Notes: a model not told the origin generated them from the letters alone. A stretch of DNA of 63,498 nt, filler included, from Chiloscyllium plagiosum (GCF_004010195.1; 4 parts of one record of this genome joined end to end with filler, not necessarily neighbours in it), one strand, 5' to 3'. Positions 38,101 to 51,134 are shown, counted from the whole stretch's first letter. Program-made: numbers and translations.

Positions 38101-38372
38101 CCTCCCAACTGTTCAATTTTCCATGGTCGAATACCTCCAAAGCATCGGATTGTGTCATTGGCTTTTAAAATCAAACTTGATTGGAGGTTGCTTTTTTGGG
38201 GGTATAATTTTAACTGATTGGCCGAATTCAAATCTGTTTTTGTCTTCAAGCAACCAGCTACACTAACTGCTGGACCAAAGGATTACGTTATAGCTTTTTA
38301 CAGAACACTTTGTTCTCTCAGGTAGTTCTGGTGGTTTTAACTCTTTTAAAGGTACAGTACACCCACATAACA
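35183..38372 (-). mobile_element. Gmr1-like Gypsy retrotransposon 5' half (LTR, PBS, gag, protease, integrase N-terminus)
   Basis: LTR 37688-38372 with TGTTATG...CATAACA. PBS TGGGGGCTCGTC (tRNA-Pro-like). Gag FDEKDVEAFFISFEK...DYEEIKQAILSAYEL, a zinc knuckle, protease ILRDIG, then integrase GHLGVRKT...HTCQMVGKP. Confidence 0.88.
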
Positions 38373-38559
38373 GTATGCGCCTGTGAGAGGGCATGTGCAT
38401 GAGTGTATGTGTGTGTGTGTGCGCATCTGAGAGAGGGTCTGTGTGAGTGTGATCTTGTGTAAGAGTGTATGTGTGTGAAGTGTATAGTGTAGTGATGTCA
38501 CCTCTCATGTGACATGAACCCAAGAGCCTGGTTGAGGCCATCCTCATTGGTACCAACCT

Positions 38560-38930
38560 TCTCACTGATGTCAATGATCAGTTCTTTTGCTGATGTTGAG
38601 AGAGCGGTTGTTTTCATTGCACCACGAGACAGAGCCTTCTATCTCCTTTTTGTATTCCGACTTGTCATTGTTTGATATCCATCTTACCATGTGGTGTCAT
38701 CAGCAAACTTGTAGATGGCATTCGTTCAGAATTTGGCAACACGGTCATGGGTGTACAGGAAGTACAGTCAAGAGCTGAGAACACATTCTTGGGGGGCTCC
38801 AGTGTTGAGTGTTATCTTGGAGGAGGAGCTATTTTCACTGATTGCGGTCTGTGGCCAGGAAGCTGAGGATCCAGTTGCAGAGGGTGGAGCCGAGGCCTAG
38901 GTCTCATAGTTTTGAGCTCAGTCTGGAGGT
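38560..38930 (-). mobile_element. Rex/Babar-like LINE RT fragment
   Basis: LNTGAP and YKFADDTT on the minus strand; similar to 41950-42200. Confidence 0.65.
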
Positions 38931-39459
38931 GACATAGCACTCATATCAAGATAGACGAGTTGATGGCACAAATAGAAATAAGTGAATATGACTCAATACC
39001 ATTATAGAGATGTAATTGCAAGATGGCCAAGAGTAGGGACTCAATATTCAAAGATATCAGATATTTTGGGAGTTTAGAGATAAAGGAAAAGGAAGTAGGA
39101 TAGCTCTGTTCATATAGGAAAGTATCAGTGTGGTGGTGACTAATGATAAATATTCAATAGGTTGTAATGTAAAATCAATTGGGGTGGTAATAAGAAATCA
39201 CAGTGGACTGACATCAAGGTGGGTGTCATCTAAACACCCGAAAGAGTTGACTCACAACAGGACAAACTCTAAATTGAGAAATAATGGGGGCACCTTGATT
39301 GTTATGGGTCATTTTAACTTGCACATTGACTGGACAAATTAGTTGGGCAAAGGTAACATAGAAGACAAATTTGAAGAGTATGTTATAGATTGATTTTTAG
39401 AGAAGTACGAAGGTCTTCAGTTGTTAATGGTGATGAGCATTTAAGCAACTCACTGGAGA

Positions 39460-40850
39460 AGGACAGTCTGCAAATGTCCCCATTCTCAATGATAGAGGAG
39501 ACCAAAACATAAGTACAATAGATAAGGCTGAAGCATTTGAAGCAATTTCAGTTAGAAGCGCTTCCTCCAGTAGTCTCCAGTATTACCAATAATCAGCTAA
39601 TTCAATTCAATTCATATGATATCAGGAAATGGTTGGAAACACTGGATACTGAAAAGGCTACAGGCCCTGACAACATTCCGGAAATAGTGCTGAAGACTTG
39701 TGCTCCAGAACTTGCTGCTTCCTTGCCTCAGCTGTTTCAGTGCAGTTACAACACTGGCATTTACCCGAAAATGTGGAAAGTCTCCTAGGCACATCCTGTA
39801 CTCAAAAGGCAGGACAAATCCAACATGACCAATTCCCGCCCCATCAGATTTGATAAGCAGTAAAGTGATGGAAGGAGTCATCAACAGTGCTATTGGGAAG
39901 CAGTTGCTCAGCAACAACTTGCTCAGCAATAAGCAAACCTAGTTGGGTAGGCCAGGGCAACTCAGCTCCTGACCTCATTAGAGCCTTGGTTCAAACATTG
40001 ATAAAAGAGCTGAAGTCCAGAGGTGAGATGAGAGTGACAGCCTTTGAAATCAAGGACACATCCAACCAAGTGTGGCTTCAAGGAGCCCTAGCAAAACTGG
40101 AATCATTGAAATTTAGGAGGCAAACTCTCTGCTGGTTGGTGTCATACCTGGCACATAGGAAGATGGTTGTGGTTGTTGGAGGTCAATCATTTCAGTTCCT
40201 GATCATCTTAGCAGGAGTTGCTCAGGTGCGCCCTAGACCAAACCACATTCAGCTGCTTCATCAGTGACCTTTCCTCCACCATAAGGTCAGAAGTGAGGAT
40301 GTTCACCGATGATTGCACAATGTTTAGCATCATTTGTGACTCCTCAGATACTGAAGCAGTTCATATTCAAATGCAACAAGATCTGGACAGTATCCACGCT
40401 TAGGCTGACAAAGGCTGCACAATGCTAGGCAGTGTCAAACTCCAATAGGAGATAATCTAACCACCATCCCTTGACATTCAATGGTGTTACTATCAAACAT
40501 CCCTCACTATCAACATCCTGGGGATTACCATTGACATCCAAGATGTGTTTTTTTAAATCAAACTCAACTGGACTCATTGAATCTAAAGCAGAAACATGGG
40601 AATACCATTCCCTGCAAGTTCTCCTCCAAGCCACTCACCACCCTTACTTGGAAACATAACACCATTCCTTCACTGTTGCTGAGTCAAAATCCTGGAATTC
40701 CCTCCCTAAGAGCCTTGTGGGTCTACCTACATGACTACAATAATTCAAGAAATTAGTTCACCATCACCTTCTCAAGGGCAATGAAGGGCAGATAATAAAT
40801 GCTGGTCATCCAGCGTTGCCTACATCCCATGGGTACATTAAAAAAAAGAA
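39460..40850 (+). mobile_element. L2/CR1-like LINE (second lineage), RT and 3' end, nested in a CR1
   Basis: KATGPDNIP...LFQCSYNTGIYP and MFTDDCTMF, 3' tail plus A-run. CR1 EN (38930-39410) and RT (40850-41170, 42410-43150) flank it. Confidence 0.8.
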
Positions 40851-41174
40851 TAAGGTGCCACATAAAGGACTACTATATAAGATAGGAGTCCATGATTTTG
40901 GGATCATGTATTAGCATGGCTTAAGGGTTATTTCACACACAGGTAACAGAGTTAGGAATGTTGGGTCTTTTTTGGGTTGGAAAGTGGCAGAGTGCTACAA
41001 GGGTAGGTTTTACATCTCAGTTATTTAATGTCAATATTAATGAATAAAGGGCAGAGTGTACTGTATCCAAATATGCTGACCACACAAAAACATATGGGAA
41101 TGCTGTGACAAGAACACAGGATTCTGCAAGAAGATATAGTTAGGTTGCACAAATAGGCAAAACCTTGGCAGATT

Positions 41175-42410
41175 TTGATTGATTTGATTCGATTTATTAC
41201 TGTCACTTGTACTGAGGTACAGTGAAAAGTGCTTTGCAGTCAGAACATACTACACAACTGCATCAGTGTAACAGAACAGTGTGAAGGATATAATGTTACA
41301 GCTGCAGAGAGAGAGAGCGATCAACATTAACACTAAAGAGATCCATTCAAAATTCTGATAACAGTGGGGAAGAAGCTGTTCTTCAATCTGTTCATGTGTG
41401 TATAAAAACTTTTATATCTTCTGCCCGATGGAAAGAGGATGGAGGAGAGCATAACCAGGATGAGAGGATCTGTGATTATGTTGTTTGCTTTCCCGATGCA
41501 GGAGGAAGTATAGATGAAGTCAATGGATGGGAGGCTGGTTTGCATGATGGACTGGGCTACATTCACAACTCTGTACTTTCTTTCAGTCTTGGGAAGAGCA
41601 GTTGCCATACCACACTGTGATGCAACTGGACAGGTTACTTTCTGTGGTGCTTCTAAAAAAATTTGTAAGAGTCTTTTTGGATATAATTTTCTCAGCCTCC
41701 TGAGGAAGTAAAGGCATTGCTGTGCTTCTTGACTGTACTGTCAATGTGAGTGAACCAAAATAGGTGGTTGGTGATCGTCACTCCCAGGAATTTGATGCTC
41801 TCAACGAACTCCACATCAGCACCATTGATGCAGATGGGCATGCTTTCCATTCTGCATCCTGAAGTTAATGACTAGCTCCTTCTATGTTGATGGAGAGATT
41901 GTTGTCTTTACACTGTGCCATTAGCATCTAACTCCTTACAGTATTCCACGCCTTTTTTGTTTGATATTCAACCTTCAATGGTGATGTTGTCAGGAAACTT
42001 GTAAATGGAGTTGGAGCCGAATTTGGCCACACAGTCACGTGCATATAAGGGATTTGTAGGGGGCTGAGTATGTAACCTTGTGGGGCACTTGTATTGAGGA
42101 TTATCATGGAAGAGAAATTGTCACCTATCCTTACTGACTGCGGTCTTTGGTCAGGAAGTTGAGAATCCAGTTAAAGAGAGGAGAGTGGAGACCTAAGTTT
42201 GGAGAAGAGTTTGATTGGAATTGTGGTGTTGAAGGTGGAGCTGCAGTCAATAAGGAGTAGCCTGATGTAGGTATCCTTGTTGTCTAGATGTTCCAGAGAT
42301 CTGCCAAGGACCTGTTGCACCAGTAGACGAATTGCAAGGGATCAAGGCAGTCTAGGAGACTGGAGTTGATGTGTTTGATGTGAGTCATGACCAACCTCTC
42401 AAAATACTTC
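41175..42410 (-). mobile_element. Rex/Babar-like LINE 3' half
   Basis: ORF 41333-41608: LFPSGRRYKS...RLKNSFFPTVIRILN. Short tandem tail (TTGAT)n at about 41175-41195. Confidence 0.75.
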
Positions 42411-43779
42411 ATAATGGAGCTTAATGTAAGAAAGTGTGTGATCATGCACTGCTAGAAAGAATCAAGCAATGTATTATTCTTTAATGGAAAGAAATTCCAA
42501 AAGCAATTGTAGCACAGAAAAATGTGAATGTTTTTATGTATGAAACACAAAAAGCATTCACATACAGCAAGTAATTAAGAAGACAAATGGAATTTTGGCC
42601 TTTATTACTCAAGGATTGTCATTTAAAATAGTGATATCTTATTACAGTTGTGGAGGGTGTTGGTAAGGCTGTAGTGTGTACAGTTTTGATCTCTGTATTT
42701 GAACAATAATGCACTGACATTAGAAGCAGTTCAGAAGAGATCCACTAGGCTGATGCTTTGGATGAATTGATGACTTATCAAGAACATTTATTCATTAGAG
42801 TCTAGAAGAATGAGGGGTGATCTTACTGAAACATACAAGATTCTGAGGAGGTTCAACAGGTTTGATGGGAATGTTTTTCTACTACTGGGGTAATCTCAAA
42901 CAAGGGGACATAGTTACAGAATAAGGGTACAATCATTTAAACCGAGATGCAAAGCTCGTCCTTCTGTCCCAGGGTAGCAAATGTTTGGAATGTGGAGGCT
43001 AGATCATTAAAACTGTGTAAAGAGGAAGCAGACAGACTTTTGAAATGTCATGGAGTTAAGGGCTATAAGAAGCTGGTATGTAAGAGGAGTTGAGGCCTAA
43101 GCAGATCAGCCTTCATTTTATTGAATGGCTGGTTTGATGAGCCCAATAGGACCTGCCATCTAAGTGTCATGGCTGTAAGAGCAGGTCAGAGGCTACAAAA
43201 TCTGTGCTGAGTCACTCTCTCCTGTCTCCCCTATACCTTTGATGATCTACAAGGCACAAATGATTCTGATACTCTACATGTGCCTGGATGAGTGCTACTT
43301 CAAAAGACTGAAGAGAACCAATACCATCTAGGACAAAGCCCATGTGATAACATTCCAACTGTCACTTTCAACTTTCTCTGTCTGTACTGCTGATATATAG
43401 CTGTAGCAATGAGTACCATGCTTAAGATGCATTGCAGTAATTCACCAATCCTCTTTCAATAACACCTTCTAAATGTGCCAACTTGAAGGACAATGTCAGC
43501 AGATGGAAAGCAACACCACAACCTGCAAATTGTCCTTCAAACCATGCACTATCTTTACTTGGAATTATATTACTGCTTCTTCAATGTTGCTGGGTCAAAA
43601 CCTTGGAATTCCCTCCCTAATGGCATGGGTGTACTTCATGTACTGCAGAAATTCAAAAAAGAAGTTTCAGGACAACTAGAAATGAGCAATAGAGGCTGAT
43701 CCTGTCAGTAATGCCTGAAACCGTAGGGCAATAAATGATGCTCAAAAACAATGTAAGATCCATATATCTGTCCATTCCT

Positions 43780-44215
43780 CCCTCCCTGCCTCCTTCCATT
43801 GATCGATCGATCCATCCATCCATCCATTCACTCAGCGAGTCGTAAGTTCATGGAATGCCCTGCCAGTAGCAGTGGTGGACTCTCCCTCTTTATGGGCATT
43901 TAAGCGGGCATTGGATAGGTATATGGAGGATAGTGGGTTAGTATAGGTTAGGTGGGCTTGGATCGGCGCAACATCGAGGGCCAAAGGGCCTGTACTGCGC
44001 TGTATTCTTCTATGTTCTATGTTCTATCTCTCCCTCACTCCCTCCAGTCATCCATCCACCCCTCCCTCATCATTCATTCATCCATCTCTCTCTCCATTCC
44101 TCCATCCATCCATCCATCCATCTATCCATCCATCCATTCATCCATCCATTCATCCATCAATCCATCCCTCCATCCATCCAACCCTCCCTCCATCAATCTC
44201 CCTTTGTCTCTCTCC
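43780..44215. repeat. (TCCA)n microsatellite interrupted by a CR1 3' end (about 43829-44026, +)
   Basis: TCCA runs on both sides; the insert is nearly identical to 29560-29762. Confidence 0.9.
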
Positions 44216-44304
44216 AATCTCCCTCTGTAGGAGCAGGTTAAAAAAAAGCATTAAACCAACGATGCACAGATGAACATCTAATTCAAACCAAGTCCTATTT
44301 CCAG

Positions 44305-44393
44305 GTGACTGCCTATCAAATTAAGGATCACCCAGATCAGAACAATGCCATATACTTGCTCAAAGGAGAAAGTCACCTCTTTACACACTTCTG
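44305..44393 (+). CDS. Candidate coding exon of an unidentified gene
   Basis: Acceptor CCTATTTCCAG, a single open frame VTAYQIKDHPDQNNAIYLLKGESHLFTHF, donor CTG|GTTTGG; unique sequence. Confidence 0.3.
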
Positions 44394-44669
44394 GTTTGGA
44401 TGTAACCCACAGAATTAGTCCCATTTTTACCTATATTTTCCACCCATCTAATTTCAGCAAAACTGGCTTGTCTGTGCAATTTGTCATTGATTGTGTGCAT
44501 GTTTGGCTTTAAAGTGGGTTATATTTTAAGTTTGCATTTTTAATAATGAATATTCAATTTTTCCAGATGCTAGAGTACAATTTTGTCATAAAATATAATT
44601 TGTTTTCTTGGGCATTGAAGAAACCTGATGTGAGTTTCTTTTAATAAGATAGTTGTTATAGTCAGGAAA

Positions 44670-44877
44670 AGGTTAAAAATCACACAACACCAGCTTATCG
44701 TCCAACAGGTTTATTTGGAAGCACTAGCTTTCGAGGCCCTGCTCTTCATCAGGTGGTTGTGGTACAGATGCAGCACCTCGAAAGCTAGTGCTTTCAAATA
44801 AACCTGTTGGATTATAACCTGGTGCTCTGTGATGTTTAAAATTGTCCACCCCAGTCCAACACCAGCATCTCCAAATC
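44670..44877. mobile_element. Foldback Penelope-derived element with family B hammerhead (about 44722-44756, -)
   Basis: Perfect 12-bp TSD ATAGTCAGGAAA (44658-44669, 44878-44889); inverted arms. Confidence 0.82.
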
Positions 44878-45337
44878 ATAGTCAGGAAAGTCCACCATCC
44901 TTGTAGTTAAATTGATCATGTCTCACAGCTCTGCTCGGATCCACTGTCAGTGCACAGAGTCATGAGTGTCTGTGACCAGTTCAAACTGACCTTGGGAGTC
45001 AAGGTAAATCAAGGCAAGAGCAAGGTCATGTTCTTTGGGAACTTGTCCTTTTTATGAATAAAATATATTTCTGAAAAAAGCTTACTTTTTTTATAGTTGT
45101 AGTCTGCTAGGAATAGAGGGTGGAAGTTAGTTTGGTGACTCGGAGGTAAGGTTGTGTAAATCAGTTCCTGCATTTTGTCTGCAGTTGATTGATTTGGTTG
45201 ATCAGGTTTGAAATGGCAGGAGAACTTGGCCCCCAATGCTCCTCCTGGGGAATCAGATGCACTTCTAGTGTCCACGGTGAATACATATGCAGTAAGTGTG
45301 TTCAGCTGCAACTCCTGACTTACCACATAGAGCACCT

Positions 45338-45845
45338 TTGGTTGGTGTGGGCACAGATTTTACAGTTCCTGCGGTGGCAGGGGAAAGTGCCAGGATGGGA
45401 GGGTGGGTCGTAGGGGGGTGTGGACCTGACCGCCTCGGAACACTTCAACCCCAGGGCATCAATGTGGACTTCAACAGCTTCCTCATTTCCCCTTCCCCCA
45501 CCTCATCCTAGTTTCAAACATCCAGCTCCACACTGTCCCCTTGACCTGTCCGGACTTGTCCGACCTGCCTAGCTCCTTTTCCACCTATCCACTCCACCCT
45601 CTCCTCCCTGACCTATCACCTTCATCTCCTCCCCCATTCACCTATTGTACTCTATGCTACTTTCTCCCCACCCCCACCCTCCTCTAGCTTATCTCTCCAT
45701 GCTTCAGGCTCTCTGCCTTTATTCCTGATGAAGGGCTTTTGCCCGAAACGTCAATTTTGCTGCTCGTCGGATGCTGCCTGAATTGCTGTGCTCTTCCAGC
45801 ACCACTGATCCAGAATCTGGTTTCCAGCATCTGCAGTCAGTGTTT
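45338..45845 (+). mobile_element. 5'-inverted Penelope fragment with intact family A hammerhead
   Basis: 18-bp TSD TTACCACATAGAGCACCT (45320-45337, 45846-45863); RLGTLQPQGINVDF. Confidence 0.88.
45721..45757 (+). ncRNA. Minimal hammerhead ribozyme, family A (intact core)
   Basis: CUGAUGA-a-gggc-uuuu-gccc-GAAA-CG-UC. Helix III is the palindrome ACGU; predicted cleavage after 45752. Confidence 0.72.
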
Positions 45846-46869
45846 TTACCACATAGAGCACCTGGAGCATCCATGAGGCTCAAAATGCTGTGGATAGCAT
45901 GTTTAATGAGTTGGTCACACCACCAGTCAGGGCTACACAGACAGATAAGAGTTGGGTGACCACCAAGAAGACAAGTAAGCATGGCAGGCAGTGCGGGAGT
46001 CCTCTGTGGTTATTCCATTCTCAAACCATTTTGGATATTTTTGGCGGTGATCCCCTCTCAGGGGAAAGTGGCAGCCAGATCAGTGGCACCATGACTGGCA
46101 CTGTTGTACAGCAGGAAGGGTTGAAGCATAGGCAAGCAGAAATGAGAGGGAACTATATGGTTAGTGACACACATTGGCATTTCTGTGGCCACAAACGAGA
46201 TTCTAGGATGGTTTGTTGCCTCCTTGGTGCCAAGATCAAGGATGTCTCTAAGTGGGCATAGGATATTCTGAAAGGGGAGACTGAGCAATATGTGGTCCGT
46301 ATTGGTACTAATGATAGAAGCAGACAGAGAAATGAGGTCCTGCAAAGGGTATTCATGGAGTTAGGAGGAGGTTGAAAAGCAGAATATCCAGGGATTACTT
46401 CACATTCCATGTACTAGTGAGGTTAGGAATAGGAATATAATGCTGTTAAATATTTGGTAGAAAAGCTGGTGCAGGAGGGATGGCTTCAGGATCATTGAGA
46501 TGTCTTCTGGTCAGATGGTACCTCGCAAGAAGGACTAGATGAACCTAAACTGGGTGGCACCAATATCCTGGTAGGTAAGTTTGCAAGTGTCACATGGAGA
46601 GTTTAAACAATTGTGGCAGGGTGTACAAAAAGAGCATAGAATCATACAGCACAGAAACATACCATACAGTCCAACTCATTCATGCTGACCAAGTTTCTTG
46701 AACTGGACTAGATACATTTGTCTGCATTTCCTTATCCATTTCCTCACCTTAAGCCAGTGCCCTTTAGTTTTCGACTCCCTTATCCTAGATAAAAAGACCT
46801 TAGCTATTCACAAATGTCTTGTACAGCCATAACATGATGTCTCAACTCTTCCATTCAAAGCTTTGACCA

Positions 46870-47152
46870 GTGAAGGTAGGTCAGCAAGTCAAACAACTAC
46901 ATGGAGGCTGGGATCCCATCACCAAGTTCACCCTTTATTTACATGTGCACAGTATACTGGCTGTGACCAGCTAGCCAGCTTGGAGTTGGTCCTTTAAATA
47001 AGGAGATTCTCTGAATCCCATTCTTCTTTCTTAGACATTCTGAATATCCTGTTTAAATCTGTTAGCCAGGAGTCCCTGATTGGTCCAGGTTAACAACCCC
47101 AATCAAGGATCTCATAATCAATGGGATCCACTTTATTTCAATCACTACAACA
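46870..47152 (-). mobile_element. Probable short solo LTR
   Basis: Begins TGTTGTAGTG on -, with CCAAT-like boxes and AATAAA. The distal end is unclear. Confidence 0.45.
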
Positions 47153-47309
47153 AGTAAAATCACCGAGGAGGAGTCAGAGACTAAGGTCAGTAAAGCTAAG
47201 GGGAAGTACAGACAAGCTGAGGCTACTGAACACAGCAGAACAGGCAGACTGAGATGTATTTGTTTTGATGCAATGAGCATGTAGCACAGATTGAAATTGG
47301 TGTGTAGGA

Positions 47310-47525
47310 TTTGGGGCAGCATGGTGTTTCTTCTGGGTGCTCCGGTTTCCTCCCACAATCCAAAGATGTGCAGATCAGGTGAATTGGCCATGTTAAATTG
47401 TCAAGTCTGAGGTAAATACAATGTAGGGGAATGGCTCTGGGTGGGTTACTCTTCGGAGGGCCAGTGTGGACTTGTTGGGCTAAAGGGCCTGTTTCCATAC
47501 TGTGGGGAATCTAAACTAATCTAAA
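47310..47525 (+). mobile_element. HE1-like (V-SINE) fragment inside a CR1 endonuclease region (47160-48460)
   Basis: GGGTGCTCCGGTTTCCTCCCACAATCCAAAGATGTGC V-domain, CR1-like 3' hairpin and CTAA tail. Confidence 0.8.
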
Positions 47526-49094
47526 TGTGGGTCTCACAGAGATGTGACTGCAAGGGGTTAAGAGCTAGGAACTAAATATACAGGGATACACATCCTGTTG
47601 AAAGGACAGACATATTGGCAGAAGGGACAGGGTTACCTTGTTAGTAAGAAATGAAATGAAATCGATAGCAAGAAGTAATATAGGGATAATATAGTCAAAC
47701 TCTGAGACTCTATGCAGGTAGGGTTGAGGAACTGCAAAGGAAACAATACCCTGATGTTGGTTGTGTACAGGCCTCCTAGCAGTAGTCAGGATGTGGGGGA
47801 GAAAATAAATTAGATGATTGAAAAGATATGTATGAAAGGCATGATTACAATAATCATGGGTGACTTCAATATGCAGGTGGACTAGGTAAATCAAAATGGT
47901 AATGGATCTCAAGAAAAGGTAGTCATGGAATGTTTACAAAATAAATTGTTTGGGGGCAGCTTTTGGTAGAGCCCACTAGGAAACAAGTAATTCTGGATTT
48001 GGTGGTGTGTAATGAGGGAGACTTGATTAGAGAATTTAAGGTGGAGGAGCCCCTGGGGAGCAGTGATCATAAATGATTTAGACTGCAGATAAAGATGGAG
48101 ATGCTAGAATCAGATGTAACAGCATTACTATTGAATAAAAGTAACAAAAGTCATGAGGGAGGAACTGGCCAGAGTTGATTAGAAGGAGAGCCTATCAGGG
48201 AAGATAGTGGAACTGCAATGGCAGGAGTTTCTGGCTGTATTTTAGGAAACAAAGCAGAAATTGATCTTAAGGAAGAAGAAACATAATAAGGAGAGGAGTA
48301 GGCAACCATGGCTGACACAAGAAGACAGCATAAAAGCAAAGGAAAATGATTACAGTATTGTAAGGACCAGTGGGAAGGCAGGAGACTGAGAAGCCTTTAA
48401 ACATCAGCAGAAAATAATGAGAAAAGCAATAATGGGGGAGAAGATGAAATTTGAGAATAAGCATGATAACCCTCAGGTGAGAGCGGCCCTATGGTCCTCT
48501 GGGTCTGTAGCAACTTTACCTTCACTTAGAATATGTTATGAATCCAAACAAGCATTAGGCTATTTTGGATTTGGTAATGTGCAATGAACAAAGTCCTGTG
48601 TGGCTAAGGGAGCTCTCCTGTAGGATGCAGAGACACCCATGTCTCATAAGTAATATTTGTCATTCCATCAGAATGGTTACGTTAACCAGGCGTCAAACAC
48701 CACTACTAAACAGTGGCTGCATCATCTTTTGCTTCACGTGTCTTACAGGTGAACCCATCATCCCGAGCACCAGCCAATCTCCCACAGAGGAAAGTTCTTC
48801 AACCACCATAGATGATAATGTGGAGTCATTCGTGGGATCATCATCTAGATTGTCTCCAGACTCTCTAGCAGTATGGATAAGAAAATTTCAATGAATTCAT
48901 AAGGATGCAAGGTGAATGCCAGACCCGACAGTTCTGCAGATGTGAGAGGGAGAAACACCTCAGGCCACTGGCATTTGGAGAGTTGATGGAGGCACCTGCT
49001 AAACTCTCGATAGGTGATGACCCGGTGGTCCAGTGATGCCTGGAAATGCGCAACAGCAGCACGTAGGTGAACAGGACACACCGGTCTTCATGGA

Positions 49095-49430
49095 GAAAGT
49101 GAGGACTGCAAATGCTGGAGGTCAGAGTTGAAGAGTGTGGTGCTGGAAAAGCACAGCTGGTCAGGCAGCATCCGAGGAGCAGGAGAGTCGACGTTTCGAG
49201 CATAAGCTCTTCATCAGGAATGAGGGAGTGGCCCAATGAGGCTGAGAGATAATTGGGAGAGGGGGTGGGGCTGGGGGGGAAGGTAGCTGGGATTATGATA
49301 GATAGATGAAGGTGATAAGTTGGAGAGGAGCGTGGTGCGAAAAGGTGGGAAGGATGATGGGCAAGTAGGACAGTTCAAGAGCGCGGTGCCAAGTTGGAAG
49401 GTTGGATCTTGGATAAGGTGGGGAAAGGGA
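49095..49430 (-). mobile_element. Penelope 3' end with intact family A hammerhead (49186-49220)
   Basis: The minus strand reads uucCUGAUGAagagcuuaugcucGAAACGUCgac. Confidence 0.82.
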
Positions 49431-49665
49431 TAAACAAGGATAAGACAGGAAAGTGGAGTTAAGAGCACAGTAAAATTATCCATGATCATGTTAAATGGCA
49501 AAACAGGCTTGAAGGGCTGAATTTCCCGCTCTTCCTCCTAATTCCTATGTTCCTATGTCTCATCTGGCTCCTAACCCCTCACAAGGAGTCAGGGCCATGC
49601 CAGGAAGCACCCATCCAGATGACAAGCTATCACTAGCCCTTCAACAGAAGGTAGGTTCCACTATG

Positions 49666-49869
49666 AAGAAAGTGGGGACTGCAGATGCTGGAGATCAAAG
49701 CCGAAAAGTGTGGCACTGGAAAAACACAGCAGGTCAGGCAGCATTCGAGGAGCAGGAGAATTGACATTTCAGGCATAAGCCCTCCTGCTTATGCCCAAAA
49801 CGTTGTATCTCTGCCTCTTCAGATGCTGCCTGACCTGCTGTGCTTTGCCAGCATCCCACTTTTCGACTC
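49666..49869. mobile_element. Foldback Penelope-derived element (arms fused at hammerhead stem II)
   Basis: Inverted CAGCAGGTCAGGCAGCAT arms; imperfect TSD AGG(T/C)TCCA(C/T)TATG. Confidence 0.75.
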
Positions 49870-50478
49870 AGGCTCCATTATGGAACAGGCTCCTTCCACC
49901 CCAACCACAAAGCAAAGGAGCTCAGTGTATTGCAGTGGGAGGAAGAAGAGGAGAAAACTTCATTAATAGCATGTGGGAGCAACAGTTGGAAAACTTATAT
50001 AAATAGAATGTTCACCTTACCATGTGATGTAAATAGTTTATGTTGAAAGCTTCATTTTCAAACAATGTTATGTCAATAGTTATTACATATTATAAACCCC
50101 CTGTGTTTCTCTGCTCATGTGATTGTCCCTGCATCTGCTTTTTTGCACCCAGCAGCATCACTCCTTGGCCATTGACAATGCCCAGTAGTGAGGATGTATG
50201 GTGTGCACCAAATACATAATGTCAATGCAGGGGTAGCAATGCCTGTGCATGGCATTGGTTTACTTTTTCTTCTCCCTAACCCCATCATCACCATTATCGT
50301 AATCATCATTGCCTACTGCGAAGCTGGTTGATACTAACAGGTAGGTGCAATACAAAGCGATAGTCAATGCTCCATGATGGCCAGGGTATAGTAACCCTAT
50401 GTGCCTGTGTGCAAAGTAACACATTTTGGCAGATACTGTTGTTCCCAGTAAACACCAAGTGACAAGTTCCAGATGCAG

Positions 50479-50670
50479 TAAGGGTATGGAATGCTTTGCC
50501 TGCAACGGTAGTAGATTCGCCAACTTTAAGTGCATTCAAGTCGTCATTGGACAAACATATGGATGTACATGGAATAGTGTAGGTTAGATGGGCTTCAGAT
50601 TGGTATGAGTGGTCGGCGCAACATTGAGGGCCGAGGGGCCTGTACTGCGCTGTAATGTTCTATGTTCTAT
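50479..50670 (+). mobile_element. CR1 3' end inserted in a long hairpin
   Basis: WNALP motif, 3' hairpin, TTCTATG tail; ATGCAG on both sides. Confidence 0.88.
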
Positions 50671-51134
50671 GCAGTCAACTCCCTTACAAATTGGCGCACT
50701 TGGGCTGTGAGTGGACTCAATGTGCAGGGTAATTTGTAAGGGAATGGGCTGCATCTGGAACTGTCACTAGGTGTTTACTGGGAACAATAGTATCCTCAAC
50801 AGCTGCCATAATAAGCTATGCACATTAAGCAAACAGCCTACTCCTACTCTGATTTTTCTAATCATGCAGCACTCCCTAAGTCCTGCACTGAAGTCAGAAG
50901 TCATGCAACACTAGGCTATTGTTCAACAGGTTTATTTGGAGCATAGCCCCTTCACCAGGTGAAATGAGAGAGAAGCACACAGACACAGAATTTATAGGCA
51001 GAAAGACATTAAGAGCACAGAGATCAAAAGATCATACAAATGGTGTGAGTTGAGTGTCGAATAATAAGTCTCTGTGTCAGATTGTGTAAGTAAGGTGTCA
51101 ACAGCTGAATAACAAGCGAAGGGATGACCTATAG

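Larger units (their letters stand above)
45130..46620 (+). mobile_element. CR1 5' region (ORF1 zinc finger and SGNH esterase)
   Basis: CSSW...YICSKCVQLQLL and FCGHKRDSRMVCCLLGAKIKDVS. Confidence 0.85.
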
